DNA of 64,000 nucleotides from Actinomycetota bacterium (GCA_035463115.1 DATHTO010000149.1:20855-84854); one strand, 5' to 3'. Positions 7,240 through 16,315 are shown, counted from the first letter of the stretch. Made by a program: numbers and translations. Notes: generated from the letters alone by a model not told the origin.

Positions 7240-9985
7240 CGCCGGCGCCCTGCGCCCGGCGTCGTTCGATCTCGTCCCACACCCGCTCGGCGTGGTCGAC
7301 GCACAGCACGACGAGGTCGCCGGGGCGGGCGCGGTCGAGGGCCCGCTTCGCCGCCTCGAGCTCGTCGGTCACGATCTCGACGTGGCCGGTGCGGCCGCCG
7401 GCGGCCCGCGCCTCGTCGACGCCTTCGGCGATCAGCGCCGCGGTCTCACCCCGTGCCCGGCCGCGCGGGTTCTCGTCCTCTCGGACGATCACGTCGTCGA
7501 AGTAGCGAGCGGCGACCCGTCCGAGCTCCCGCATGTCGTCGTCGCGCCGGTCGCCGGCCGACGCCACGACGCCGACGCGAAGATGCGCTGCCCACGAGGG
7601 ATTGCCCGGCATCGCGAAGTCCGGCGAACTCCCGACGAGCCGATCGACGAAGTCGCCGACCGACGCGAGACCCGCGGGGTTGTGGGCGTAGTCGACGATC
7701 ACGCGCACGCCTCGGAGCTCGACCACGTTCAGCCGGCCCGGCGCGTCGAAGAACGACGTCGAGAACGAGCGGAGACCTTGCCGGATGTCGTGGACGTGCG
7801 CGCCGGCGGCGTACGCGGCGCCGGCGGCGGCGAGCACGTTCTGGACGTTCATCCGCGCCTTGCCGTCGAACGTCGCGGGGAACTGATGCGTGTAGCCGAG
7901 CTGGTCCTTCCGCCGGCCGTCGAGGAGGACGACGAGCTCGCCGTTCGGACCGTCCTCGAGGGTCACGGCCTTGCGGCCGCGACGGACCCACCGCGCGATC
8001 AGGTCGTTGTCCTTCTCCATCGAGAAGAGCAGGACCTCTCCCGAGCAGTGCCGCCGCATCGCGAACACGAGGGGATCGTCGGCGTTCAGGACGGCGATGC
8101 CGTCCCGCGGCACGGCCTCGACGACGACGCGCTTGACCGCCGCGAGCTCCTCCATCGTGTCGATCCCGTGGAGCCCGAGGTGGTCGCCCGTCACGTTCAG
8201 GACCGCCGCGACGTCGTTGCGACCGTAGCCGAGCCCCTCGCGCAGGATCCCGCCGCGCGCGACCTCGAACACCGCCAGGTCCACGCGCGGGTTCTGCAGG
8301 ACGCGCTGGGCCGAGCGGGGGCCCGACGCGTCGGCCTTGAGCGTCAGTCGCCCGTCGATGTAGATGCCCTCGGTCGACGTCATGCCGACCTTGTGGCCCT
8401 TCGCCTTCATGATGTGCGTGATCATCCGCACGGTCGTCGTCTTGCCGTTCGAGCCGGTCACGGAGACGATCGGGATCCGCGAGCGCGACCCGGACGGGTA
8501 CAACAGGTCGATCACCGGCTTCGCGACGAACTGCGGCTCGCCCTCGGTCGGATGCGTGTGCATCCGGAACCCCGGCGCGGCGTTCACCTCGACGATCCCG
8601 CCGCCGGTGTCGCGGACCGGCTGGGTGATGTCGGGCGCGATGAAGTCGATCCCGGCGATGTCGAGCCCGACGACGCGAGCGGCCTCCTCGGCGATGTCGA
8701 CGTTGTCGCGATGCGCCTCCCACGTGCGGTCGATCGCGCTTCCGCCGGTGGACATGTTCGCGGTCGACGCGAGCTTCACCGGCACGTCGGCGTCGGGCAC
8801 GTCGTCGAGCTCGAACCCCTGCGAGCGCACGAGCGCCTCGGCCGTCTCGTCGACGCGGATCCGGGTGAGGACCTTCTCGTGCCCGATGCCTCGTCGCGGA
8901 TCGGCGTTCGCGATGTCGACGAGCTCCCGCACCGTGTGCGTGCCGTCGCCGACGACCTGCGCGGGAACCCGTTCGGCGATCGCGGCGATGTGTCCCCCGA
9001 TCACGAGCATGCGGTAGTCGTTGCCCTCGAGCAGCCCTTCGACGACGACCACGTCCGAGCGCCGTGCCTCGCTCGCCGCCCGCTTGTAGCCGGCGCGAAC
9101 CTCGCGGGCGTTCCGGAGGCCGAGGCTCACGCCCCGGCCGTGGTTCCCGTCGAGCGGCTTCGTGACGACCGGGAAGCCGATCCGCTTCGCGGCTTCGACC
9201 GCGGCGTCGGCGGAGCGGACGATCGCGCTGCGTGGGACGGGCAGCCCCGCGGCGGCGAGGAGCTCGTTCGTGAGCTTCTTGTCGCTCGCGATGTCGACCG
9301 CGAGCGCCGACGTCGACGACGCGATCGTGGCGCGGATCCGCTGCTGGTAGCAGCCCTGACCGAGCTGCACCAACGACTGGTCGTTGAGCCGGATGAACGG
9401 GATGTCACGGCTCGCCGCCTCGTCGAGGAGCGCCTGCGTCGACGGTCCGAACGCGCGCCGCTCGGCGAGCACGATCAGCCGCTCGAGCTCCGGGATGAAG
9501 TCGAAGGCGTCGTCGTGCCGCACGAGATCGTTCACCAGGCGGACGGCGAGGTCGCCGGCCGCGAGCCCGACCTGCTCCTCCCAGTAGCCGTAGATCACGT
9601 TGTAGCGGCCCGGTTCGCCGGCGCCGCGGGTCTTGCCGCGGTACACGTGCGAGCCCGACTCGCGCTGGAGCTCGATCGCGATGTGCTCGGCGACGTGACC
9701 CGCCCACGTCCCCTCGTGCAGGCGTTCGATGAAGCCGCCGGCGCGACCGCGCGAGCACGAGTGATCGGCGAGACCCGGCAGCAGATCGAGGAGGCGGTCG
9801 TTGAAGCCCTCGATCCGGTTCGAGGGCCACTCCTCGAGGGAGCCGAGATCGACGAGGAGCCGGATCGCCGGTTCGTAGGAGTAGTAGTTCGGACCGCGGA
9901 AGACCTGCGTGGCGACGATCGTGAGATCCGGCGACGGAGCGCCGGGCGGCTTGCGCTTGCGTGGCCGTCGCTCGGTGGTCGTCAC
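7214..9985 (-). CDS. cphA: Cyanophycin synthetase (N, ATP-grasp G and Mur-ligase-like M domains)
   Basis: Real start taken as the GTG at 9985, which overlaps the cphB stop (GTGA). The upstream 294 codons of the track ORF are Arg-rich and overlap cphB in another frame. Motifs: VFRGPNYYSYEPAIRL (N domain), KPLDGNHGRGV (ATP-grasp), VSVTGSNGKTTT, VIVDYAHNPAG (M domain). 924 codons. Confidence 0.9.
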   Translation of the reverse strand: MTTTERRPRKRKPPGAPSPDLTIVATQVFRGPNYYSYEPAIRLLVDLGSLEEWPSNRIEGFNDRLLDLLPGLADHSCSRGRAGGFIERLHEGTWAGHVAEHIAIELQRESGSHVYRGKTRGAGEPGRYNVIYGYWEEQVGLAAGDLAVRLVNDLVRHDDAFDFIPELERLIVLAERRAFGPSTQALLDEAASRDIPFIRLNDQSLVQLGQGCYQQRIRATIASSTSALAVDIASDKKLTNELLAAAGLPVPRSAIVRSADAAVEAAKRIGFPVVTKPLDGNHGRGVSLGLRNAREVRAGYKRAASEARRSDVVVVEGLLEGNDYRMLVIGGHIAAIAERVPAQVVGDGTHTVRELVDIANADPRRGIGHEKVLTRIRVDETAEALVRSQGFELDDVPDADVPVKLASTANMSTGGSAIDRTWEAHRDNVDIAEEAARVVGLDIAGIDFIAPDITQPVRDTGGGIVEVNAAPGFRMHTHPTEGEPQFVAKPVIDLLYPSGSRSRIPIVSVTGSNGKTTTVRMITHIMKAKGHKVGMTSTEGIYIDGRLTLKADASGPRSAQRVLQNPRVDLAVFEVARGGILREGLGYGRNDVAAVLNVTGDHLGLHGIDTMEELAAVKRVVVEAVPRDGIAVLNADDPLVFAMRRHCSGEVLLFSMEKDNDLIARWVRRGRKAVTLEDGPNGELVVLLDGRRKDQLGYTHQFPATFDGKARMNVQNVLAAAGAAYAAGAHVHDIRQGLRSFSTSFFDAPGRLNVVELRGVRVIVDYAHNPAGLASVGDFVDRLVGSSPDFAMPGNPSWAAHLRVGVVASAGDRRDDDMRELGRVAARYFDDVIVREDENPRGRARGETAALIAEGVDEARAAGGRTGHVEIVTDELEAAKRALDRARPGDLVVLCVDHAERVWDEIERRRAQGAGVTASPAPA

Positions 9986-10848
9986 TCCGAGGCCTCGCGG
10001 AGCTCGTCCGAACGGTCGTCGCCGAGGAGGGTCCGTTTCCGCAGGTCGAACCAGTAGCCAGCCGGGATCGAGTGGAGCACGGCGCCCGACACCATCATCG
10101 GCTTGCGACCGCGCAGCAGGTGGGCATCGGTGCGGACGTTGGATCCGTCGACCACCGTGATCGATCCACGGCCGACGACCTCGACCGAGCGGTCGGCGTA
10201 GACGATCGCAGCGGTGTCCTCGTCGAGCCCGAGGCCGACGAGCGACGGCGACTGCGAGATGGCCGCGAGGAGGCGACCGAGCCGGGTGCGCTGTTCGAAG
10301 TGCTGATCGACGATCACGCCGTTCACGACGCCGAGGCCCGCGGCGATCTGCACGTGGCCGTGCCGCGGCGTCGCGCCGGCATCGCCGAACGCCATCATGT
10401 GTCCGGCGAGCGCGCTCGCGCCCGCCGACGTTCCGGCGATCGCGGCGCCGCGATCGTGCGCGAGCAAGATCGCCGAGCCGAGGCGCGTTCCGGCGACGAC
10501 CGAGGCGAGCCTGAGCTGGTTCCCGCCGGTCAGGAACACGCCGGTCGCTCCGCTGAGGAGCGCCGACAGGTCGGGCGATTCCGCGTCGGCGCGCTCCTGA
10601 GGGTCGACGCCCGTGACCGAACCCACGCCGAGGCCGGTGAAGCTCGCCTCGTACGTCGCGAGCGTTCGCCGGCCGAACATGGACGCCGTGCTCACCACCA
10701 CGATGGACGACTCGCGGCCGCCCGCGAGCTCGACGAACCGCTTGAGGATCCTCTGCGTCTTGGTCCGGTCCTCGGCGCCGCCGATGAGCATCACCGGACC
10801 GGCGCCGCCGACGGGCGGCCGGTGAGCTGCGCGGCGCGAACGAGGCAT
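9982..10848 (-). CDS. cphB: Cyanophycinase (peptidase S51)
   Basis: VMLIGGAEDR..., FLTGGNQLRL and IAGTSAGASALAGHMM (Ser nucleophile context) are typical of CphB/CphE. It sits immediately upstream of cphA and is translationally coupled to it. The exact start (10848 or about 10791) is uncertain. Confidence 0.85.
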   Translation of the reverse strand: MPRSRRAAHRPPVGGAGPVMLIGGAEDRTKTQRILKRFVELAGGRESSIVVVSTASMFGRRTLATYEASFTGLGVGSVTGVDPQERADAESPDLSALLSGATGVFLTGGNQLRLASVVAGTRLGSAILLAHDRGAAIAGTSAGASALAGHMMAFGDAGATPRHGHVQIAAGLGVVNGVIVDQHFEQRTRLGRLLAAISQSPSLVGLGLDEDTAAIVYADRSVEVVGRGSITVVDGSNVRTDAHLLRGRKPMMVSGAVLHSIPAGYWFDLRKRTLLGDDRSDELREASE

Positions 10849-10974
10849 CCCGCGAGTCTACGGCCACCTCCGAGCCGCACGGTGAGCCGCGGAAGGATCG
10901 ACGGGGATGGGACGGCGGCTACGCGCCTGTCGGCATCGCGACGGACGGGGTGGTTCGCGCGTCTCGCCTGGGCG

Positions 10975-11211
10975 TCAGGCTGCCTTCCGGCAGGCGGTGC
11001 AGAACGCCCACCCGCCTTCGGGGTCGAGCCGGAAGAGCGTCGTCTCTCCGCAGCTGGCGCACGTGCGCACGTCGGCGCCTGCCGGCAGCTCTTCGCGCCG
11101 GGGTTCAGGGTCGCCGTAGCGATCGAGCGCACGCAGGTACCGCGAGAGGAGATCGTCACGTTCGACCGAGTCGGGTACGTAGGTCCGAGGCCGTTCGAGA
11201 ACCGTGCTCAT
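10975..11211 (-). CDS. Small zinc-ribbon protein (CxxC...CxxC), function unknown
   Basis: ATG at 11211 preceded by GAGGAGGA. MSTVLERPRTYVPDS...CASCGETTLFRLDPEGGWAFCTACRKAA. High GC3. Confidence 0.6.
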   Translation of the reverse strand: MSTVLERPRTYVPDSVERDDLLSRYLRALDRYGDPEPRREELPAGADVRTCASCGETTLFRLDPEGGWAFCTACRKAA

Positions 11212-11285
11212 GTCCGTTCCTCCTCGTGCTGGAGTCTCGGTTCCGGAGGGATACCCACCGCGCCACGTCTCGGAAACGCGCTGCA

Positions 11286-11408
11286 TCAGCCGCCGAGCGC
11301 TGCGATCACGGCCACGACCGCGATGACCGTTCCGATGAGTCCTGCGCCCCAGAGGGCTTCGTTCCACAGATCGCTGCGGTCGTACGGGCCCCTGTTCACG
11401 TCATCCAT
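11286..11408 (-). CDS. Possible 40-aa single-pass membrane peptide
   Basis: Below the ORF-track size cutoff. MDDVNRGPYDRSDLWNEALWGAGLIGTVIAVVAVIAALGG has a clear C-terminal TM helix. GC3 is moderately high. It lies 75 nt upstream of the zinc-ribbon gene on the same strand. The SD is weak. Confidence 0.3.
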   Translation of the reverse strand: MDDVNRGPYDRSDLWNEALWGAGLIGTVIAVVAVIAALGG

Positions 11409-11648
11409 GGGTGCGGGAGTACCCCCTCGAGCCCCGCACCATCTCAGCCTTTCGGCCCAACTTCGTCAGCGACTCGGACCTCGCCGAAGGCACGGTTCGG
11501 AGAGCGGCATCCGAGCCGTCCGCTCACGGAGCGGGCGCGAGGTCGTCGCAACGACGCTGGCGGGACCTGAACGGATCTTCACGTCCGCGACGGTTCCCGA
11601 CGCCAGGAACGGGCACCCCCGAACCGAACCCGCCCCATGGAGGAACGG

Positions 11649-12275
11649 ATGCCGTTGATACGGATGATGGATGGCCGGATGGTCCGCATCGAGGGCATCG
11701 CGCCACGAGCGAAGGATGCCGAACGTCGGATCAGGCGCGTGCGCCGGCAGCTCGATGTCGCTTCGGGCGGCCGGACCCGGACGTTTGCGCCGGTGGGCGT
11801 CGGGGGAGGGTCACCCGCGAGGATGCAGGGTCGTCGGGAGGAGACACCCGTGGAACGCGAGCGAACCGAGCTACCGGTCGAGCCCTCGGCGTGCCGCCGG
11901 GCGCGAAGCATCGTGGAGTCGCTCCGCGGCGCGCTCCCGGAGGGGACGTTCGGCGACGTCGTCTTGGTCGCTGACGAGTTGGTCACGCAAGCGCTCGTCG
12001 CCGGTCCGTCTCCGAAGGGTCAGATCACGTTCGAGGTCAGCATCTCCGCCGACGAGATCGCGGTCGCGGCGTCGGATCGTGACGAGGGATACGACGCGCG
12101 GCACGCCTTCAACATCCCCGCTGGGAGTCGCGGTCTCGGGCTGGTGATCGTGAGCGAGGTGGCGGATCGATGGGGCATCGAGCATCACGACGGCAGAACG
12201 AGGGCCTGGGCGTCGTTCGCCGTGCCGCCCCGTGGCGATGACGAGCTCGCCCCCGAGGAGCGCATCGCGGTCTGA
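11649..12275 (+). CDS. HATPase_c / RsbW-like anti-sigma regulatory factor (Ser kinase-like ATPase)
   Basis: C-terminal 150 aa: LPVEPSACRRARSIVESL...VVLVADELVTQALVAG...ITFEVSISADEIAVAASDRDEGY...GLGLVIVSEVADRWGIE...RAWASF. Start is uncertain: the ATG at 11649 has GGAGGA 4 nt upstream, and the ATG at 11823 would remove an odd Arg/Met-rich N-terminal extension. Confidence 0.55.
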   Translation: MPLIRMMDGRMVRIEGIAPRAKDAERRIRRVRRQLDVASGGRTRTFAPVGVGGGSPARMQGRREETPVERERTELPVEPSACRRARSIVESLRGALPEGTFGDVVLVADELVTQALVAGPSPKGQITFEVSISADEIAVAASDRDEGYDARHAFNIPAGSRGLGLVIVSEVADRWGIEHHDGRTRAWASFAVPPRGDDELAPEERIAV

Positions 12276-12351
12276 CGGCGTTCCCCGCGACCGTCAACCC
12301 GCCACCGAGCGTTCCGAGCGATCGAAGGTCCAAGTGCTGCGGGCCGCGCGG

Positions 12352-12900
12352 CTACGCGTCACGGTCCCCGTCGCCCCCCGAGGCGCGTTCCTCGGCCAGC
12401 CTCGCGAGGTTCGCGAGCTGCCTCCGATCGGCGCGGTTGACGAGCGGACGGAAGATCGGTCGCGCCCACCAGGACAACCAGTACGGGACGTAGTTCACGC
12501 GGTCGATCGTCTCGGTGTAGGTGATGCGCGATCCGTCGGAGGTCGGCGCGATCGTGTACCGGTGGACGAAGTGCGCCTCCCAGGTTCGCCGACGCGTGCG
12601 GTCGAGCGTGGCGTCGGTCTGGATCACGAACGATGTCGGTCGAACCATCTCGGAGACGACCGATCGATCGCGGAACGTTCCGTTGAAGTTCGCGCCCGTC
12701 GAGGTGAACGCGAGACCGACCTCCGCGGTCGGAGCCTCGGATTCAAGGTGGAGCAGCTTGAACGTGTCGTCGCTCGCCCGTTCGCCGGACCAGACCACAT
12801 GGGACGGAAGATCGGTCACGACGCTCCAGACCTGCTCGGGCGTCGCGCGCGACGTCGTGAACGTCTCGGTGCGGATCATGACGGAGCGGTCGGCGGCCAT
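12352..12900 (-). CDS. SRPBCC (START/polyketide-cyclase-like) family protein
   Basis: ...TPEQVWSVVTDLPSHVVWSG... and the overall length and composition are typical of SRPBCC ligand-binding proteins. Confidence 0.65.
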   Translation of the reverse strand: MAADRSVMIRTETFTTSRATPEQVWSVVTDLPSHVVWSGERASDDTFKLLHLESEAPTAEVGLAFTSTGANFNGTFRDRSVVSEMVRPTSFVIQTDATLDRTRRRTWEAHFVHRYTIAPTSDGSRITYTETIDRVNYVPYWLSWWARPIFRPLVNRADRRQLANLARLAEERASGGDGDRDA

Positions 12901-12980
12901 CGAACGAGCGGAGCCCCCGTCGTCGGCCGACGCGCGCGGGAGGAGCCGTCCGATGAACGGCTCCTCCCGCGTCGCGCTCC

Positions 12981-13439
12981 TCAGCCGAGCTGACCTCGCA
13001 CCGCGCCGTCGGGGAAGTCCGCGTTGTGGACGTTGACGTAGAACCTGGCCGGGTTCGCGCGGATCCGCCGGAGGAGTGCCTTCCGAACGTCTCCTTCGCA
13101 GCCGAACGACAGTCCGATGCCGCTCGTGCCCACCTCGGTCGGGTTGTTCAGCGTGATCTTCGGTGGCCCGGAGATGCCGACCGCTCCACGGTGGATGTGC
13201 GCCGCGCTCGCGGGCAGCGTGATGTTCTGCACGCTGATCGCGTAACAGACGCGCTGAGCGCGGACGTTCACCCTCAAGCGCGCGACGCCCGTGCCGTCGC
13301 TGTCACCCGGTCCGGGGACCTCGCTGGCGCCGTCCATCTCGGTGTGGAGGCGTACCGCGCTCGCGGGTGAGGCCGCCGCGATCATCCCGAGCACGAGCGT
13401 GGTGGTCAACGCCGCGCCGACGATCCGTCTCGTTCTCAT
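12981..13439 (-). CDS. Secreted CHRD-domain protein
   Basis: GAGGAGGGAG RBS and a signal peptide ending PASA. GASEVPGPGDSDGTGVARL...AAHIHRGAVG...FYVNVHNADFPDGAVRGQL matches the CHRD pattern. Confidence 0.75.
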   Translation of the reverse strand: MRTRRIVGAALTTTLVLGMIAAASPASAVRLHTEMDGASEVPGPGDSDGTGVARLRVNVRAQRVCYAISVQNITLPASAAHIHRGAVGISGPPKITLNNPTEVGTSGIGLSFGCEGDVRKALLRRIRANPARFYVNVHNADFPDGAVRGQLG

Positions 13440-13508
13440 CGCTCCCTCCTCGTGAGGTGGCGGTTCCTCCTCACCCGGACGAACGTACTCCTCCCGGTGC
13501 GTGACGCA

Positions 13509-14663
13509 TCACCGCAGCTCAGCGCTCCGGCGCTCGATGTCCTCACCCGCGCCCCGGCGTGCAGCCGCCGGAACGGGGGGTTGAAGCTCGACGCGCGCGG
13601 CGAGGTGATCGGCGACCCGCGAGGCATCCCGACCTACGCCGGGCAGGGTGGCCGACGACGCCGCGTAGAGGAACTTGAGCCCGACGAAGTACAGGCCGGG
13701 TTCGTCCGCGACGATGCCGCCACGCTGCCGCGGATAGCCGTCGTCCACGACGGGGAGCTCGATCCAGGAGAACCCCGGCGAGAAGCCGGTGCTCCAGATC
13801 ACGTTCGCCACATCGACGACCTCGCCTCCCTCGAGCACCGGCAGGCCGTCGCGCGCGCCGACGACCCTGCCGGTCCGCTCGATCCCCGCCGCGGCGAGAT
13901 CCTTCGGCTTGGTGCGGACCAGCGGTTCGCCTTTCGACAGCATCATGCGGCGCACCTTGCGCCCGATCGGCGTGCGGACCGTGAAGACGCGGTGGAAGAG
14001 CACCCGCAGCACGATGCGGACGCCGACGCGGCCGACGAGCCCGTCGACCCGGAACGGGATGTGGCCGGTGCTAGGTCCGGCGAGGATCGTCCGGTGCCCG
14101 TTCACCACGTCGAGCGCGATCTCGGCGCCGGAGTTGCCGGCTCCCGCGACGAGCACGGGTCCCGGCCGCAGCTGGCGGGGCCCACGGTAGGCGGCGCTGT
14201 GGAGCTGCGTGATCCGCGGGTCGAGGTCCGACGCGAACGACGGGATCGCCGGCACCTGCCAGCTCGACATCGCGACGACGACGTTGTCGGCCTCGAACCG
14301 TCGGTCCCCGGCGTCGATCACGAAGCGGCCGTCGTCGCGCCGGAGCGACCCGACGCGCAGGCCGTTCATCACGGGAAGCTCGAAGCGCTCCGCGTACCGC
14401 TCGAGGTAGTCCGCCATCTCGTCCTTCGTCGGGAACGAGTGACGCGGGGCCGGGAACGGCATCCCGTCGAGGCCGTCGAGCCACGCGGGCGTGAACAGCC
14501 GCAGGGAGTCCCAGCGGTTCCGCCACGCGTCACCGACGCGATGGTTCGCGTCCACGATCACGAACGGCAGCGCGTGCCGCTTCAGGTGGTACCCGACCGA
14601 CAGCCCCGCCTGGCCTCCGCCGATCACGACCGTTCCGATGCGCTCGACGCCCGGCGTCTCCAT
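13509..14663 (-). CDS. FAD/NAD(P)-binding flavin monooxygenase-like oxidoreductase (CzcO-like)
   Basis: GAGGAGG RBS. VVIGGGQAGLSVGYHL (FAD GxGxxG) and VLVAGAGNSGAEIALD (second dinucleotide fold). Confidence 0.8.
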   Translation of the reverse strand: METPGVERIGTVVIGGGQAGLSVGYHLKRHALPFVIVDANHRVGDAWRNRWDSLRLFTPAWLDGLDGMPFPAPRHSFPTKDEMADYLERYAERFELPVMNGLRVGSLRRDDGRFVIDAGDRRFEADNVVVAMSSWQVPAIPSFASDLDPRITQLHSAAYRGPRQLRPGPVLVAGAGNSGAEIALDVVNGHRTILAGPSTGHIPFRVDGLVGRVGVRIVLRVLFHRVFTVRTPIGRKVRRMMLSKGEPLVRTKPKDLAAAGIERTGRVVGARDGLPVLEGGEVVDVANVIWSTGFSPGFSWIELPVVDDGYPRQRGGIVADEPGLYFVGLKFLYAASSATLPGVGRDASRVADHLAARVELQPPVPAAARRGAGEDIERRSAELR

Positions 14664-14708
14664 CGCTTGACCTCCTCATCAGCGCGGGCTCCCCGCTCAC
14701 GAGTCACG

Positions 14709-16304
14709 CTAGGGGCCGCGAGGATGAGCCGCGATCGGGGATCCTCCCCACGGGACGAGGCCGTGCTCCATCGCGAACACCGCGGCGCCGGCCCGGGTCG
14801 AGACGCCGACCTTGCGGTACGCGTTCTGGACGTGCCGATCGGCGGTCTTGATCGAGATCCCGAGCGCCCGGGCCACCTGCTTCGTCTGGTAGCCGCGCGC
14901 GAGCAGCCCGATCACCTCGACCTCCCGGTCGGTCAGTCCGGCCGGACGCTCGATCCGTGGCGCCGGACGACCGGCGCCGCGCAGCACGGCGGCGACCATG
15001 TCGGCGTCGAGCCGGCCGGCCTTCGCCTCGTCGCCCAGGATCGCCGCCGCCTCGTCGACCCCGTGAGCCGGGCGGTGCGCGCGCGGCTCGGTGAGCGCCT
15101 GGTAGACGTCCGCGACCGCGAGGAGACGAGCGAGCGGCGGGAGCCCGGCGGCCGGCACGCCTCGGTGGTAGCCGCTGCCGTCGAGCCGTTCGTGGTGCGC
15201 GCACGCGACCGACGCGAGCGACGCGAGGAACGGAGAACGGTCCGTCACGCGTTCGGCGTGGTAGGCGTGGAGACGGACCTGTTCCCGGGCGTCGGCGTCG
15301 AGCGGCCCGCGCAACTGCCAGACCCGCGGGTGCACCGCGACGCGGCCCACGTCGTGGAGCAGCGCCGCGCGTCGGACGAGCCGGACGTCGGTCTCGTCGA
15401 ACCCGCAGGCCTGCGCGCCGGCGGCGGCGCGTTCCGCGACCCCGGCGGCGTGACCGGCGAGGTACGGAGAGGCGAGCTCGGCGAAGGTGCCGACGGCGGC
15501 CAGCGCGCGGTCGATCGCCTCGCCTGCGAGCGAGACGTGGGGGGTCGGCTCCGCGTCGAGGATCACGTCCCACGCCGATGGCGCGTCGTCGGCCGCCCGG
15601 AACATCTCCGACGCGTGCAGGACGAACGTCTGAGCGACGTGGGGATCGAAGGCATGACCGGCTCGGCGTCGGATCGTCTCGACGGCGTGGGCGTCGCCTC
15701 CGATCACGCGTTGGAACGCCGCGTCGCGTGCGACGTGCATCAGCCGGATCGGGAGCGGGATCGCGTCACCGCGCGCGCGGCCGAGCACGCCCTTGCCGTC
15801 CCACCGCTCGGTCAGGAACGGGAAGAGCGCCGGAACGTCGCCGGGGACGCCGATCCGGTCGGCGAGGAGTTCCGCCACCTCGCACATCGCGGCGAACTGC
15901 GGTCGCACCCGAGCGGCCGCGCGCGGGAGCCGGCGGGCGACCTCGACGATCCGCTGCGGCGCCGGGGCGTCGGGGTCCGGGACCGCCCGAGCGACGGCGC
16001 GCATGATCTGTCCGCGCGATCCGAACTGTGCCGGCGGCATGTGCTCCTCGAGGTCGCCGGCGAAGATCCGCGTCGTGACGTGCGCGTCGGTCATGCATCC
16101 GACGTACATCAGCAGCGACGCGTGGTACGCCTGCGTCGCGGTCGCGTGATCGACGTCGCAGCGCTCGGCGAGCTGCATCGTCATCGTCGTGGCGCGGAGC
16201 CCGTGCTCGAACGGGAAGCCCATCGCGAGATCGGTCGCGAGGCACGTCGCCGCGAGCAGTTCCGCGCCACGGAGCTCGTCGGTGACCCCAGGCGTTCCGC
16301 CCAC
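14709..16304 (-). CDS. Regulator with tandem HD-type domains (one degenerate; one HD-GYP-like with GYH) and a C-terminal LuxR-type HTH
   Basis: AALLHDVGRVAV and HHERLDGSGYHRG (HD-GYP signature with GYH instead of GYP). The N-terminal copy is degenerate (SLLMYVGC). C-terminus LTDREVEVIGLLARGYQTKQVARALGISIKTADRHVQNAYRKVGV is a LuxR/GerE HTH. GTG start lies 11 nt after the decarboxylase stop. Confidence 0.8.
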   Translation of the reverse strand: MGGTPGVTDELRGAELLAATCLATDLAMGFPFEHGLRATTMTMQLAERCDVDHATATQAYHASLLMYVGCMTDAHVTTRIFAGDLEEHMPPAQFGSRGQIMRAVARAVPDPDAPAPQRIVEVARRLPRAAARVRPQFAAMCEVAELLADRIGVPGDVPALFPFLTERWDGKGVLGRARGDAIPLPIRLMHVARDAAFQRVIGGDAHAVETIRRRAGHAFDPHVAQTFVLHASEMFRAADDAPSAWDVILDAEPTPHVSLAGEAIDRALAAVGTFAELASPYLAGHAAGVAERAAAGAQACGFDETDVRLVRRAALLHDVGRVAVHPRVWQLRGPLDADAREQVRLHAYHAERVTDRSPFLASLASVACAHHERLDGSGYHRGVPAAGLPPLARLLAVADVYQALTEPRAHRPAHGVDEAAAILGDEAKAGRLDADMVAAVLRGAGRPAPRIERPAGLTDREVEVIGLLARGYQTKQVARALGISIKTADRHVQNAYRKVGVSTRAGAAVFAMEHGLVPWGGSPIAAHPRGP

Positions 16305-16315
16305 GTCCGGTCACG

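Noticed and set aside
9986-10867. The 294-codon N-terminal extension of the cphA track ORF (7214-10867).
   Set aside because: It is Arg-rich and motif-free, and it overlaps the well-supported cyanophycinase gene in another frame. The CphA N-domain homology begins right after the GTG at 9985, which forms a GTGA overlap with the cphB stop.
12341-12350. A short GC palindrome, GCCGCGCGGC, between convergent genes, as a terminator.
   Set aside because: It has only 5-bp arms in DNA where such strings occur by chance, and is too weak to call.
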